From a virus, in UHGV virus genome UHGV-1374526: a stretch of DNA of 64,000 nt. One strand, written 5' to 3'. Of this stretch, positions 9,835 to 20,053 are shown piece after piece. Position 1 is the first letter of the stretch. The number at the start of each line of letters is the position of its first letter. The position numbers and the translations under genes were made by a program. Below the pieces are notes generated by a model. That model saw only the letters and a program-made list of their open reading frames with translations. It did not search any database and was not told where the DNA came from.

Positions 9835-10312
9835 GAATGCCGCCGTCTTCCATGAGGTAGCACGGGATAAGGAGGTGTGGGGAAAAGCATGGAGATACCG
9901 TGCCTACTACCTTGCGTGGGTGAACGGGAAGTCCGCGAGGCTTGCGCCTACACGTGGCGAGGTCATGCACCCCTACCCCGACCGGGCGAACCCTACACAC
10001 GTGATGGCCTTTAAGGATGTTGACCCGGTGCATGGAGTGCGTCCTAAATACTTTCGGACAAAGATATTCTCGAATAGTACGGAAACCCCACTCACTAGAC
10101 CCCTCACGCTAACTCCGGGCAGTCCTCGAAAGTACCCCTTCTTCTCCTATCTAATGTATGAGCCTCTCGTCGAATCCCAGCTCTACTTCCGCTGGTATCT
10201 CTTCCAGCAGTTGGTAACTGAATGGGCATTCAATATCCTGCCGCCTCAAGCGGACACATCCTTGGGCATACAGGCTGAACGCCGCGCCCTCAAAGCAACT
10301 AAAACAAAATAA
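9821..10312 (+). CDS. hypothetical protein
   Basis: 163-aa ORF overlapping its neighbours by a few nt (operon packing). Confidence 0.45.
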   Translation: MAISENAAVFHEVARDKEVWGKAWRYRAYYLAWVNGKSARLAPTRGEVMHPYPDRANPTHVMAFKDVDPVHGVRPKYFRTKIFSNSTETPLTRPLTLTPGSPRKYPFFSYLMYEPLVESQLYFRWYLFQQLVTEWAFNILPPQADTSLGIQAERRALKATKTK

Positions 10313-10318
10313 ACGACA

Positions 10319-11209
10319 ATGGCTACAATAGCAATCCCTTGTGAACCTCGCGTCCTTATCAACGGCGCGAACATTGCACAGAACCTCATTGACAGCGTTG
10401 CGGCTTCCAGCCGTGGCGACCACGATGTTTGGCTCCTGCTCCCTTACCGGGCCAAGGCCGCCGCTGAACCCATGATTAAAATCTTGAAGAATCAGTTCCG
10501 GGACCTTCGCACGATTGAGTTGCTGACCCCTGTCACGGGTAGCTACGCTCTCGTTACTCATCTCTTCGCCCGACTGCAACAGGCTCTGGCTTACGAGAAC
10601 GCGCCGGACGAACGAGCTATCATTTGGGTTTCCGAACGCGGCAATGAAAAGTTTAAGCCCGGCGCGATTGATACGCTGGATGCAACGTTCTATCGCAAGA
10701 AGGCTCCGGTTATTGCGGGTAAATACTTCACCGTTCCCGCTACCGAAGGTTCCTACGAATCTCGCACCGTGGACGGAACCTTCGTCATGTCCAGCCAGCT
10801 GGCGAAGCTCTATCCCCAGCGAGTTCCCTACGTCACCATCTCCCAGCATTTCCGTCTCTTCCTTGACAAGGTGCTGACCGAGAAGTGCTTCAACGTGGAG
10901 AACTGGGACGACCTCATCACCTTTGGTGAAATCCCCGACGCGGACAACTTTAAGCTTCCCCAAGTTCTTGGCGAAGTCACGGTGACGACCCCTGCCGAGG
11001 TATCTATCGCCAGCATCAAAGCGGAATCTATCAATATGATGGGACAGTCCGAGCAAGTAGGTGGAGCAACTAAAGCCCGCGAGGATTTAAGTGAAGCAGA
11101 AGACTTGACACCCAGCGCGAAAGTTGTTACACCTGCACCTGTGAAGCCCAAGACCAAGAAAGCCATGAAGGCTGATGCGGTTGAGGGTAAAGACGAAATT
11201 GACAAATAG
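10319..11209 (+). CDS. hypothetical protein (head-module)
   Basis: 296-aa ORF with an acidic/Lys-rich C-terminus, immediately upstream of the portal candidate. Confidence 0.45.
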   Translation: MATIAIPCEPRVLINGANIAQNLIDSVAASSRGDHDVWLLLPYRAKAAAEPMIKILKNQFRDLRTIELLTPVTGSYALVTHLFARLQQALAYENAPDERAIIWVSERGNEKFKPGAIDTLDATFYRKKAPVIAGKYFTVPATEGSYESRTVDGTFVMSSQLAKLYPQRVPYVTISQHFRLFLDKVLTEKCFNVENWDDLITFGEIPDADNFKLPQVLGEVTVTTPAEVSIASIKAESINMMGQSEQVGGATKAREDLSEAEDLTPSAKVVTPAPVKPKTKKAMKADAVEGKDEIDK

Positions 11210-11214
11210 TAGAT

Positions 11215-13485
11215 ATGCCGAAACCAGACGCAAATGCTCCCGTAGGTCCGGGGGTTATCGGCGTGGTTGACGAGAACGGAACCCTTCTCAAGCGGAGGGT
11301 TCCGACCGCCGACCAAGCCCGCGCCTTGCTCTACTTCTGCCTCACCGCTGACCAGCTATCCATGCAAGCGAGGACAGAGGCACAGGCAGAGCTGGACGGA
11401 CAACGCCCGTATGACCCAATGGCCCTTTCCGCAGTTGGTCAGAATTATCGAACCAACTACAACTTCCGCACGATGCGGATTGTTCGTGAAAAGGTGGCGG
11501 CTAGCCTCCGCGAAGTGTGGGATAACCCCGAACTTGTTTCGGTGCAGACCACCTTCGGAGATAACGCTCGTCGCCCCATTTATTCTGACATCCTTTCCAC
11601 CGAGGTGACGAAGATGGTCAAGTCCATGCCGGGATTCACTTCCATCATGACAGACCTTCTTCACAACTTCTCCTTCCACGGCTTCGGCCTTGCCTACTTT
11701 GAGGACCCTGACACTTGGTACTTCAAGGCAGGTAGTCTGAACGAGTTTGCCTTCGAGCGAAAGGTTAAGCCGGACAGTAGCACCCTTGAGGTTGTGTTTG
11801 CTACTCGTACCCTTCGTGCCCATGAACTCTACGATTTCATTCGTGACCCGCAGACCGCAAGGGAAGCTGGCTGGGATGTGGAAGAGGTCATGAAGGTGTT
11901 GAAGACCTGTAGTTACAATCAGACGGTACAGCCCCAGCGCATTTCTTGGGAGACCGAGAAGATGCTCAAAAACGGAGACTACACCCTGACCGACGTAATT
12001 GGAACCAGTATTCCGATTGCCCACATGTGGGTACGCGAATTCAACGGTACGGTTACTCACTCCATCTTCTTTGTCAACGGAAGCGGCGGCAATGGTCAGG
12101 ATGTGAAGCGTGACCAGAACCGCGATGTAGATGACACCAAGTTCCTCTACACCAAGGAAGGAGCCTACAACTCTATGGAAGAAGCGTTCGTCCTCTTCCC
12201 GCTGGGCAGTAGCACCAACGGCGACATCCATGCTCTCCGCGGATATGGGAATGACCTCCTGCCCCACACTCGTGTCATTGACAAGTTGATGAACCAAGCG
12301 ACGGACGCGGCGTTCCTCGGCATGGCGTTAAACGTCTCTGCCACCAATGAAACCTCCCGTCTCTCCGCAATGGTGAACCCGATGGGGGCCTATACCATTT
12401 TGGACCCGTCAACGCAAGTGGTTCCTAATCCCGTGCCGAATCTGCAACAGGTTGCCGGAACTCCCCTCGCATTCTTGCAGAACCAAATCCGGGAACGCTT
12501 GGGCGAGATTGACGTGAATGCTGATGGAGGCATGGGCCGCACCCAGCTGGAAGCTGAAATCCGTATGGGCAATGCGAGCAAGGTCAGCAATAACATCATG
12601 GATATGCTCTTGGAGCACATGACCATCCTTCTCCGTGAAATCGTTCGCCGTATCATCCGCAAGGACTACGATGAAGGGATTGGCGGGTTTAAGGAACGTG
12701 AACGCATGCTCCAACGTCTGGACGAAGCAGGTGTGCCAAGGGATGCCTTCTTCGCTATCGACCTTGACAGCGTTACCGCTCTTCCCCCTATCGGTGCGGG
12801 CAGTAAGGTTCGCCGCACGATGGCTCTCCGTCAGTGTCTCAACTACATGCAGTTCATGCCACGAGCTGGGCAGGAACGTCTCATCCGCATGGCCATTGCC
12901 AATGAAACGAATGGACGCACCGCGCAGTTGTTCATGCCGTTGAAGGATGACCCCAACCCGTCCGAAACCGTGGCCGCCTCTATCGCATCCATCCAGAACA
13001 ACCAGCTCATGGCAGGTCAGGAAGTTCCGGTTATGCCGAACGAGGACCACAGGACGCACGCGGAAGTGCATGCCAACTTCATCATGTCCATGCTACCGGA
13101 CGCACAGCTGGAACCCGAAGAGATGGCCCAGCTAGCTCAACCTCTACAGCTTCTGGTCGCCCAGTTGGCAGGACACATGGACTATTTGCAGGCCGCCAAG
13201 GAAGTTGTCCCCGAATTTGAACAGTACGAGAAACTGGTCAAGAGGTGCAACGAGGGTATTACCAACGGCATGCGGGCCTTGGAAGCGATGCAACAGAACG
13301 AAGAAGCGGCTCCCCAAGAAGGACCTACTCCTGAACAGATGAAAGCCGAAGCCGAAATTGAATTGAAGCGCATGAAGACGGAAGCTGAAATCCAGTTGGC
13401 TAAGGAAAAGCAGGATGCCGAGATTACTCGTAACGCCGTAGAAGCCAACGCTAAAGCGGCTCAATCGCTGGGAGGTGCACGATGA
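11215..13485 (+). CDS. portal protein (candidate)
   Basis: 756 aa, between terminase and scaffold/capsid genes. Coiled-coil acidic C-terminus. The assignment rests on size and synteny only. Confidence 0.5.
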   Translation: MPKPDANAPVGPGVIGVVDENGTLLKRRVPTADQARALLYFCLTADQLSMQARTEAQAELDGQRPYDPMALSAVGQNYRTNYNFRTMRIVREKVAASLREVWDNPELVSVQTTFGDNARRPIYSDILSTEVTKMVKSMPGFTSIMTDLLHNFSFHGFGLAYFEDPDTWYFKAGSLNEFAFERKVKPDSSTLEVVFATRTLRAHELYDFIRDPQTAREAGWDVEEVMKVLKTCSYNQTVQPQRISWETEKMLKNGDYTLTDVIGTSIPIAHMWVREFNGTVTHSIFFVNGSGGNGQDVKRDQNRDVDDTKFLYTKEGAYNSMEEAFVLFPLGSSTNGDIHALRGYGNDLLPHTRVIDKLMNQATDAAFLGMALNVSATNETSRLSAMVNPMGAYTILDPSTQVVPNPVPNLQQVAGTPLAFLQNQIRERLGEIDVNADGGMGRTQLEAEIRMGNASKVSNNIMDMLLEHMTILLREIVRRIIRKDYDEGIGGFKERERMLQRLDEAGVPRDAFFAIDLDSVTALPPIGAGSKVRRTMALRQCLNYMQFMPRAGQERLIRMAIANETNGRTAQLFMPLKDDPNPSETVAASIASIQNNQLMAGQEVPVMPNEDHRTHAEVHANFIMSMLPDAQLEPEEMAQLAQPLQLLVAQLAGHMDYLQAAKEVVPEFEQYEKLVKRCNEGITNGMRALEAMQQNEEAAPQEGPTPEQMKAEAEIELKRMKTEAEIQLAKEKQDAEITRNAVEANAKAAQSLGGAR

Positions 13486-13799
13486 AGGCAGTTCCTACCT
13501 ACACTGTCGAAGGGTTCAAAAGCAACAAGGCGGCGACTGGCCGCCTTGCTGAACTCCTGCATGACCCGGTAATGGAAGAAGCTCTCTGCATTGTTCAGTC
13601 AAAACTCAATGCGACATTACAGCCCACAATGGAAGCCGCCGCATTAAACGGGGCTTTCGCGGCTGGGGCTAAATCCGTTATCGCCGCTCTCTTCAATCTG
13701 GCCGAAGAGAATGAAGAAACCGAATCCCCGGTAACTATGATGAATCATCCCATGACCGAGCGTAACGCTTGGATTAACTCACTTTCACCCAACAGGTAA
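13482..13799 (+). CDS. hypothetical small head-module protein
   Basis: 105 aa. ATGA overlap with the upstream gene. Confidence 0.45.
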   Translation: MKAVPTYTVEGFKSNKAATGRLAELLHDPVMEEALCIVQSKLNATLQPTMEAAALNGAFAAGAKSVIAALFNLAEENEETESPVTMMNHPMTERNAWINSLSPNR

Positions 13800-13806
13800 T
13801 ACATAG

Positions 13807-15024
13807 ATGGACAACGTAAATATTCCCGCAGTAGCGGAGGGCATCATAGATGGTGCTATTCACAACGACATACATAACATTTTCGAACAGACCCTGTTCG
13901 CCCCGGATTCCACGGATTCCACTCAACCCTCCAATCCCGCTAACCCCACGGCTCCCATTGAATCCCCGGATGGTACGGTAGTCATGCCAGATGCTGGGCC
14001 TCGCATCGCGGATGATGAAGTAGTCAATACCACGGGAACCCCGGTTCCCCCGGATGACACGGAAACCGAGGAAACCGAGGAAGAACAGAACGAAGAGGGG
14101 GAAAACGAAGAGGAAGAAAACGAAGAGGAAGAAAACGAAGAAGGGAAGAAGGAAGAACAGAACAACGGTCCTAAGGAACAGAAAGCGAGCAAGGCCGCGA
14201 GCAAGGCATTCGCTGAAATGCGCGTCCAGTTGAGGGGCGCGAAGAAAGAAATCGCGGACTTGAAGGCCAAGTTGGAAGAAGCGGGTAAATCCTCTCCCAA
14301 CAATGAAGAGCTTGAATCTCTGCGAGAAATTGTACGCGGCTATGCCTTCACCGCAACCGAAGAATACAAGACCAATGTAACTGCCCCGTACAATAAGGCT
14401 AACGCCAAACTTGCAGAGATTGCCCGCGCCTCTGGTGCATCTCTGGACATGGACAAGCTGAATGAAGTTGCCCTTAATCCTGACCTCGACGAGTACGACC
14501 GGGAAGAAGCGTATGAGGCCATTGGGAAGGAACTGGGCATCAGCGATTCTGCCGTGTTCAAATTTGTCCGCATGGCTAAGGTCCGCGACGCGGCCATTGT
14601 CGCCCACGGAAACTATCAGGCCGAAGCCGACAAGTATGTGGAAGAGTTGAAGGCCAGCCGCGGCGGCAAATCCGAAGGTGCAACCTACACCGTCAACCTC
14701 GACAACTACACGTTGGAAGCGATGAAGGAACGCGCCAAGGAACTGGGCATGACCACGGAGATTACCGAAGAGAATGTGAAGCATGCCCGCCATCTTGCTC
14801 ACAAGATAAATAATGGCTCCTTCATGGACGGCGCACTGGCCGAACTCATGGTGAAGGAACTGGCAGATGCTCGCGCGACAATCGAGGCTCTCAACGTGAA
14901 GGTGGCCAAACTTCGCAAGGCCCGCCCCTCCGCTAACAGTGGTAGCTCCAAAGCTCCGGAGACCCAGCCACCCGCCGGGCCGACCGCAGTCGGGGACATT
15001 ATTGGTAGTGCCTTCGGATTATGA
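13807..15024 (+). CDS. scaffolding protein (candidate)
   Basis: 405 aa, highly acidic (EEENEEEENEE repeat), coiled-coil-like. Lies directly upstream of the capsid candidate. Confidence 0.5.
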   Translation: MDNVNIPAVAEGIIDGAIHNDIHNIFEQTLFAPDSTDSTQPSNPANPTAPIESPDGTVVMPDAGPRIADDEVVNTTGTPVPPDDTETEETEEEQNEEGENEEEENEEEENEEGKKEEQNNGPKEQKASKAASKAFAEMRVQLRGAKKEIADLKAKLEEAGKSSPNNEELESLREIVRGYAFTATEEYKTNVTAPYNKANAKLAEIARASGASLDMDKLNEVALNPDLDEYDREEAYEAIGKELGISDSAVFKFVRMAKVRDAAIVAHGNYQAEADKYVEELKASRGGKSEGATYTVNLDNYTLEAMKERAKELGMTTEITEENVKHARHLAHKINNGSFMDGALAELMVKELADARATIEALNVKVAKLRKARPSANSGSSKAPETQPPAGPTAVGDIIGSAFGL

Positions 15025-15236
15025 TAAATAATCCTTGACATACTGGTAATTTTATGACAAGAATGGGGCATCAAATGCGGTGTCCCATTCTTGCTTTCCC
15101 GCGAGCAAACCAAAACAAACCTTTATGCAGGTGTGAAAATTCTTGGTCCTGACCCTGCCATGACCGCGTAAGACCCCAAAACAAAATCTTCCAAAGAGAA
15201 CTAGGCGTTGCAAATTAAACCAAATTTAATTTACAA

Positions 15237-16493
15237 ATGGCTACTTCTCCTAACGATATTCAGGCCCAAGAATTGAAGCTGGTCACGATGACCAACCTTC
15301 TTAACGCCAACATGTTCAGCACCTTTGCTCGTACTTCTCCGTGGAACTCCCAGATGATTATGACGGGAGAATGGACTGACGGTGTTGGTGATTCCGGGCG
15401 CATCGCAACCTTCGGTGCTACGGACCCCCGTGCCGAATGGATGAACATTAACCTCGCTTCCACCTCCAACCAGATTCCGATTACGGTAAATGATACTGGG
15501 GCTACGGAATACTCCTACAGCCGCTTCATCACGAGGCTTTCCTCCCAGAAACTGGACGTACTCCGTATGCGTCAGTCTTGGCAGGCTAAGCAACAGGCCG
15601 AGAATGCGGTGAAGCAGTTGGTCCGTGCCGTCGGTAATACTTGGTCTCGCTTCTATCGTCAGAGCTACATCAACATCGCCAGCTACAAACTCATCCCCAC
15701 GAAGGCGGGTGTTGTTGGTCTCGATGTCGTGAGCAACGATATTAACTCCATGCCGGAAGTTAAGCCCGAAGCCGCTCTGAACGACGACCTGATGAACCAA
15801 GCTTGGCAGTTGCTCATCAATGAAGGTGCTGGCGAATCTGCCGCTCTGATGGACCAAGGTTCCCCTGTCTTCTTGGCTTACACCTCGAAGGACACCGTGG
15901 ACTTCATCCTGCGTCACAACGAAGTTATCCGCAAGGACTGGAACTTCGCAGAGGCCGCGGAAGGCAAGGATGCTACCCTCCTGCGTCAGCTGGGCGTGAA
16001 GTGGACGTACAAGGGCTTTACCTACATCGTGGACAACATGAACCCCCGCTACACCTTCGACGACACCAAGCCGACTGGTCAGAAGTGGGTGGAAGTTCCC
16101 CAGTATATCAAGGTGGAAACGACTGTTGGTAATCGCTATGTGCCGAACCCCGCGTACATGAACGCCCCCTACGAAGATACGATTATCTTTGTGAAGGACG
16201 TGTACAAGTCCCTCGTTCCTCGTCCGGTGTCTGCCTACGGTCAGGCCAAGTGGGACCCCGTGACTTACGCTGGTGAGCTGGTTTGGGTGAACAACAAGGA
16301 CAACGGCGATAACTACATGGGTACGCAGGGCATGTTCATCGCGACGCTTTCTGCCGCTCCGATGCCTGTCTTCCCGCGTCACGGTGTAGTCATCCGACAC
16401 ATTCGCACGACCGCTGGCCGCGAACTCGTTGGTGCTGACGGCAAGCCCGTTGGCTCTCTGGTAAGTACCCCCGCGGCAGTGCCGGGCCTCTAA
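15237..16493 (+). CDS. major capsid protein (candidate)
   Basis: 418 aa, follows the scaffold gene and is followed by a strong intrinsic terminator. No sequence motif was recognised; the call is by synteny. Confidence 0.5.
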   Translation: MATSPNDIQAQELKLVTMTNLLNANMFSTFARTSPWNSQMIMTGEWTDGVGDSGRIATFGATDPRAEWMNINLASTSNQIPITVNDTGATEYSYSRFITRLSSQKLDVLRMRQSWQAKQQAENAVKQLVRAVGNTWSRFYRQSYINIASYKLIPTKAGVVGLDVVSNDINSMPEVKPEAALNDDLMNQAWQLLINEGAGESAALMDQGSPVFLAYTSKDTVDFILRHNEVIRKDWNFAEAAEGKDATLLRQLGVKWTYKGFTYIVDNMNPRYTFDDTKPTGQKWVEVPQYIKVETTVGNRYVPNPAYMNAPYEDTIIFVKDVYKSLVPRPVSAYGQAKWDPVTYAGELVWVNNKDNGDNYMGTQGMFIATLSAAPMPVFPRHGVVIRHIRTTAGRELVGADGKPVGSLVSTPAAVPGL

Positions 16494-16517
16494 GTCTAAA
16501 CCTATAACTCTTAAACC

Positions 16518-16555
16518 GAGGCGGGCGGGATGAACCCGCTCGCCTCAATTTTTAT
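16518..16555 (+). terminator. intrinsic terminator after capsid gene
   Basis: Hairpin gaggcgggcggg-atgaa-cccgctcgcctc followed by aattttta. Confidence 0.6.
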
Positions 16556-16559
16556 CTGC

Positions 16560-16829
16560 ATGAAGATTACGTATGACCCTGAAAAATTTGGAGACCTTAA
16601 ACCGGGGGATGATGTTCAGCTCATGGGAGTTGGCGTTGTTTCAGATGACGGCAAATCTATTGAGATTGTTTCTATCGAGGACCAAGAAATAGGTGACGAC
16701 GATAGTGACGAGGATGAGACCGAAGAAGAAACCGAATCTCCCAAACAGGAAACCGAAACCGAAGAAGCCGAAGAACTGGCAGAAGGAGCCGACATTGGTT
16801 CTATTATCGCCTCTGGCTTTGGAGCATAA
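16560..16829 (+). CDS. small extremely acidic protein
   Basis: C-terminus DDDSDEDETEEETESPKQETETEEAEE. The ORF-track start at 16530 lies inside the terminator hairpin loop, so the second in-frame ATG at 16560 is preferred. Confidence 0.4.
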   Translation: MKITYDPEKFGDLKPGDDVQLMGVGVVSDDGKSIEIVSIEDQEIGDDDSDEDETEEETESPKQETETEEAEELAEGADIGSIIASGFGA

Positions 16830-16859
16830 CCTTTTAACTAAAACTCTTAACGAAGAATT

Positions 16860-17831
16860 ATGGCAATAGAAAATCTTCCCATCCCCGCAGAGAATGCAAC
16901 TATCGCTCGCGGGCAAATCTATCAGCTTACCGGACTGACCGAGGCTACTCGGTATAAGTTTATTGTCACGTCTACCAAGTGCCCGCATGTGGTCATCGCG
17001 AAAGATGAAGCGTTGGAGCAGGTGGAAGCCGAAGGGTATCTTTCTGGCCGTGCTTTCTACTTCGTGACGGAAGGTGGTCAGACTAACGCGTACCTCCGCA
17101 TCGATGCCCTTGAGGGCGCGGAGATTACCCTGACTATGAAGGCTGACCAAATTCCGGCCCCCGAAGAAGCAACTCTTCCCGCAGACTTATCACCTGACAA
17201 GTGGTATAGTATCGGTGATTTAGTCGCAGATACGGGATATGAATTGAAAGTAAGTGCGGAAGTCCCTGTAACCGTATTTGTCAAGACGGGAGATACCATT
17301 GCAGACGCAATAGAAGAACCTCCGTTTGTAACTGCCGCAGGGACCACTCGTTTCACTTCCACTGGCACGAAAGCGTGGGTGTACGTAGATGGAGCAGTAA
17401 AGGCTAACGTTGACATCGTAGCCGCGCAGGGGATTGAGGGTCTTACCGCTCCCCAGCTTACGACCCTTTCGGACACCGTTTCCGACGTAGCTCTTGTAGG
17501 TCCTACCCCTGCCGGATATTACCGCGTGGACTTCGTGACCGAAGCCGCCGCACCTGAATTCCAATACGATGGCAACATCACTATCCAGAACCAGAACGTA
17601 GTCCTTACCAACGTAGTTGGGGAAGCAGGGGCGCAAGGTCTTCTTCCTCTCGAGGCCGCGCAGGGTATTGTGACTGGTAAGAACCTTCGAGGAACTCTTA
17701 TCTTTTCACAGGGGACTGCTCTTGGTGCGGGACAGCGAGCCGCCGTTGCCTCGTTCCAGATTCCTACGGGCGGTGATGCCGGGACCTTTAAGGGGACTGC
17801 GGTGATTACCTTCGTTGGAAATATCGCATAA
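16860..17831 (+). CDS. virion structural protein (candidate)
   Basis: 323 aa, Thr/Ala/Val-rich, beta-rich composition, followed by a terminator. Confidence 0.4.
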   Translation: MAIENLPIPAENATIARGQIYQLTGLTEATRYKFIVTSTKCPHVVIAKDEALEQVEAEGYLSGRAFYFVTEGGQTNAYLRIDALEGAEITLTMKADQIPAPEEATLPADLSPDKWYSIGDLVADTGYELKVSAEVPVTVFVKTGDTIADAIEEPPFVTAAGTTRFTSTGTKAWVYVDGAVKANVDIVAAQGIEGLTAPQLTTLSDTVSDVALVGPTPAGYYRVDFVTEAAAPEFQYDGNITIQNQNVVLTNVVGEAGAQGLLPLEAAQGIVTGKNLRGTLIFSQGTALGAGQRAAVASFQIPTGGDAGTFKGTAVITFVGNIA

Positions 17832-17850
17832 CCAACAATTAAACCTTGAC

Positions 17851-17900
17851 GGGGCTGAACTCATGAGCTAAACTTCTATGGGTTCAGCCCCAAATTTTTA
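17851..17900 (+). terminator. intrinsic terminator
   Basis: Stem ggggctgaac / gttcagcccc followed by aaattttta. Confidence 0.5.
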
Positions 17901-17905
17901 CTATC

Positions 17906-20053
17906 ATGGCACGTAAACGTTCTTCTGAAATCCAAATTGAAAATTACGTCAACGGCTCCCCTATTACGCCGGGCGTAACCTATAAGCTGGGCGATGCCGA
18001 CACGCACACCGCGTGGCTTCTTGCTTCCAGTTCTCCCTGTCTCTTCAAACTTTCCGCTACCGCTCCTACCGACGAACTGTGGTCCAACATTACGCCGGAA
18101 CAGTTCATCATCAATGGTTCGGTCGCGGGACAGGTGATTGAGATTGAATCCCCCGACGGTAAGTACTTCGTCGTCCCTACTAACGCACAGGACAAGAACG
18201 CCTCCGTCGAAAGTGCACACGCGACGATTGCACTTCACCCGCTGGGGTTCGACTACGACCAAGAGTATCAGGCCCTCCCGCTGGATGGTGATGGTCCTGT
18301 CTCCGAAGGTTTCTACAAAATCTCCAACCTCGAAAGCGGTAAGCTCTACTCTATCAATGTGCATCCTGACTTGGGCGGCTTGATGGAAACGAAGCCTAAT
18401 CCGGAATTCAGCTATGCGCTCTTTAGCGTAGGAGCCGACAACAATCCTAAGGCATTCCTCGCTGGTGGTAAGACTACTGACCAGCTGGTCTTTGTGGCAA
18501 CTGAAACTTCTGCAATTCTTTCTCTCGGCAGTACGATTGAAGAAGCGGGCTACTTTGTCTCCATCAGAAATTTTAGTTTAGGCTCCGGTGAGGGTGGCGG
18601 TTCTGGCACTGGCTTTGACCCAGCTAGTGACCAGACAATCTCCGGGGCATGGAGTTTCACCAACACGGCGGGATTGGTTCTCGGAAACGAAGTTCCTTTA
18701 GTTCTCGGACAAGGGGATGACGCGGTGAAAATCCACGGCGATGGTAACGGAGCCGCAGTCATTGAGGGGACGAACGCTTCCCACATGGACGTTGCGATTC
18801 CTGTCAAGTTCCAAGGCTCTACCACTTTCGATGACAGCGTTTCCTTCGTCGCCGCTACTGGCGAGAAGATGAAGTGCATCCTCTTCGGCAAGGAGAGCGG
18901 TCCTACGCGAGCCATACTTTACGAAGAATCCAACGGTTTCCTCTCCATAACTGACCCCAATAACGTCAACGATAAGACATTGACCATCGATGGGGCTGGG
19001 GACTTGTGGGTCTACAGAAATGAAAACCATAACGGGGTAGTTACGTTCAACTCCCAAACCCGTATGCACGGCACTATTGACGTGGGCGGGGTTATGACGT
19101 TCCGCAAAACTCCCAATGCCAACAGCGGCATCAACATCCCGCTGGCCGCGGGCGCACCGACGAATACGGGGGCGGTTAATCGCTTTTATGCGTTGGGATT
19201 GGCTAGCGAGGCGAACATCCTGACCACTAATGCTTTCCTCAATACGACGACCATTACCAAGACAGGGACTTCGACGGTGACACAAACAGTTCCCTACCAT
19301 TTGGCTAGCATTAAGGTTCCACCGGGAACTCATTCGACCATTCAGGCGAACTTTAAGGTGAGCAACCCTCAATGGAATTATTCCAGTTTCGCAGGGTTCT
19401 CTTTCGTTTGGCGTGCTACTGGTGCGGCAAAGTTGACCTTTGGTATCGGACGTGGCGCGAAGACGGTTCGTTCCGACCTTTCCATAGATTCTTACAGTAT
19501 TATCCCGGCAAACGATTTGGCGTACAATCATGGCGAAATTCTGGATATTACCTTTGACAACGTCAGAGATACCCAGCGCAACGGTTATACGGTGCGGGTG
19601 CGTGAGATTTACGCACTCGATTCCACGGCGGGCTGGCAGGTGAAAACCACCACCAGCTTCATCCCGGCCAGTCAAAACGAACCCGTCCCTTGGACGATTG
19701 CCAAGGTTATTTACCAGCAGAACGCTTCGGCCAATATTGCCCTGTATGATAATCTGGGTGCACTCTGGCTCATGCTCACCGGAGGTCAGGCAAATAATCT
19801 GTATAAAATTGCCACCTGCCGTGGCGTCAGTACTTTTGAGACTGGTGTCGGCATTTCCAGCTGGGTGACTGATGTGGTGAATAATTCGACTGGCAACATT
19901 TCTGTTTATGCAGGGAACGGAGAGTACACCTATTACCAGCCGGGAGGCACAAACCCGGTCTTTTATGGACTGGAAGCAATGGCCGTCGATGCCATTGAAT
20001 CCGAGGAAGCCACGGATTTTGTGGATATTAACAACCCCATTGAACAGGCATGA
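17906..20053 (+). CDS. tail fibre / receptor-binding-like structural protein (candidate)
   Basis: 715 aa, Gly/Thr/Asn/Ser-rich beta composition with an internal GSGEGGGSGTG linker. Confidence 0.4.
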   Translation: MARKRSSEIQIENYVNGSPITPGVTYKLGDADTHTAWLLASSSPCLFKLSATAPTDELWSNITPEQFIINGSVAGQVIEIESPDGKYFVVPTNAQDKNASVESAHATIALHPLGFDYDQEYQALPLDGDGPVSEGFYKISNLESGKLYSINVHPDLGGLMETKPNPEFSYALFSVGADNNPKAFLAGGKTTDQLVFVATETSAILSLGSTIEEAGYFVSIRNFSLGSGEGGGSGTGFDPASDQTISGAWSFTNTAGLVLGNEVPLVLGQGDDAVKIHGDGNGAAVIEGTNASHMDVAIPVKFQGSTTFDDSVSFVAATGEKMKCILFGKESGPTRAILYEESNGFLSITDPNNVNDKTLTIDGAGDLWVYRNENHNGVVTFNSQTRMHGTIDVGGVMTFRKTPNANSGINIPLAAGAPTNTGAVNRFYALGLASEANILTTNAFLNTTTITKTGTSTVTQTVPYHLASIKVPPGTHSTIQANFKVSNPQWNYSSFAGFSFVWRATGAAKLTFGIGRGAKTVRSDLSIDSYSIIPANDLAYNHGEILDITFDNVRDTQRNGYTVRVREIYALDSTAGWQVKTTTSFIPASQNEPVPWTIAKVIYQQNASANIALYDNLGALWLMLTGGQANNLYKIATCRGVSTFETGVGISSWVTDVVNNSTGNISVYAGNGEYTYYQPGGTNPVFYGLEAMAVDAIESEEATDFVDINNPIEQA

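Noticed and set aside
14040-14160. 18-bp tandem repeat GAAGAGGAAGAAAACGAA in the scaffold gene as a regulatory element
   Set aside because: It is in frame and encodes the EEENEEEENEE acidic run of a scaffold-like protein. It is a coding low-complexity repeat rather than a DNA signal.
15025-15236. tRNA or small RNA in the 210-bp gap before the capsid gene
   Set aside because: No cloverleaf-compatible arms or conserved GTTC/TΨC-like box. Only a 10-bp hairpin (15058-15093) and weak promoter-like hexamers. Treated as a regulatory spacer.
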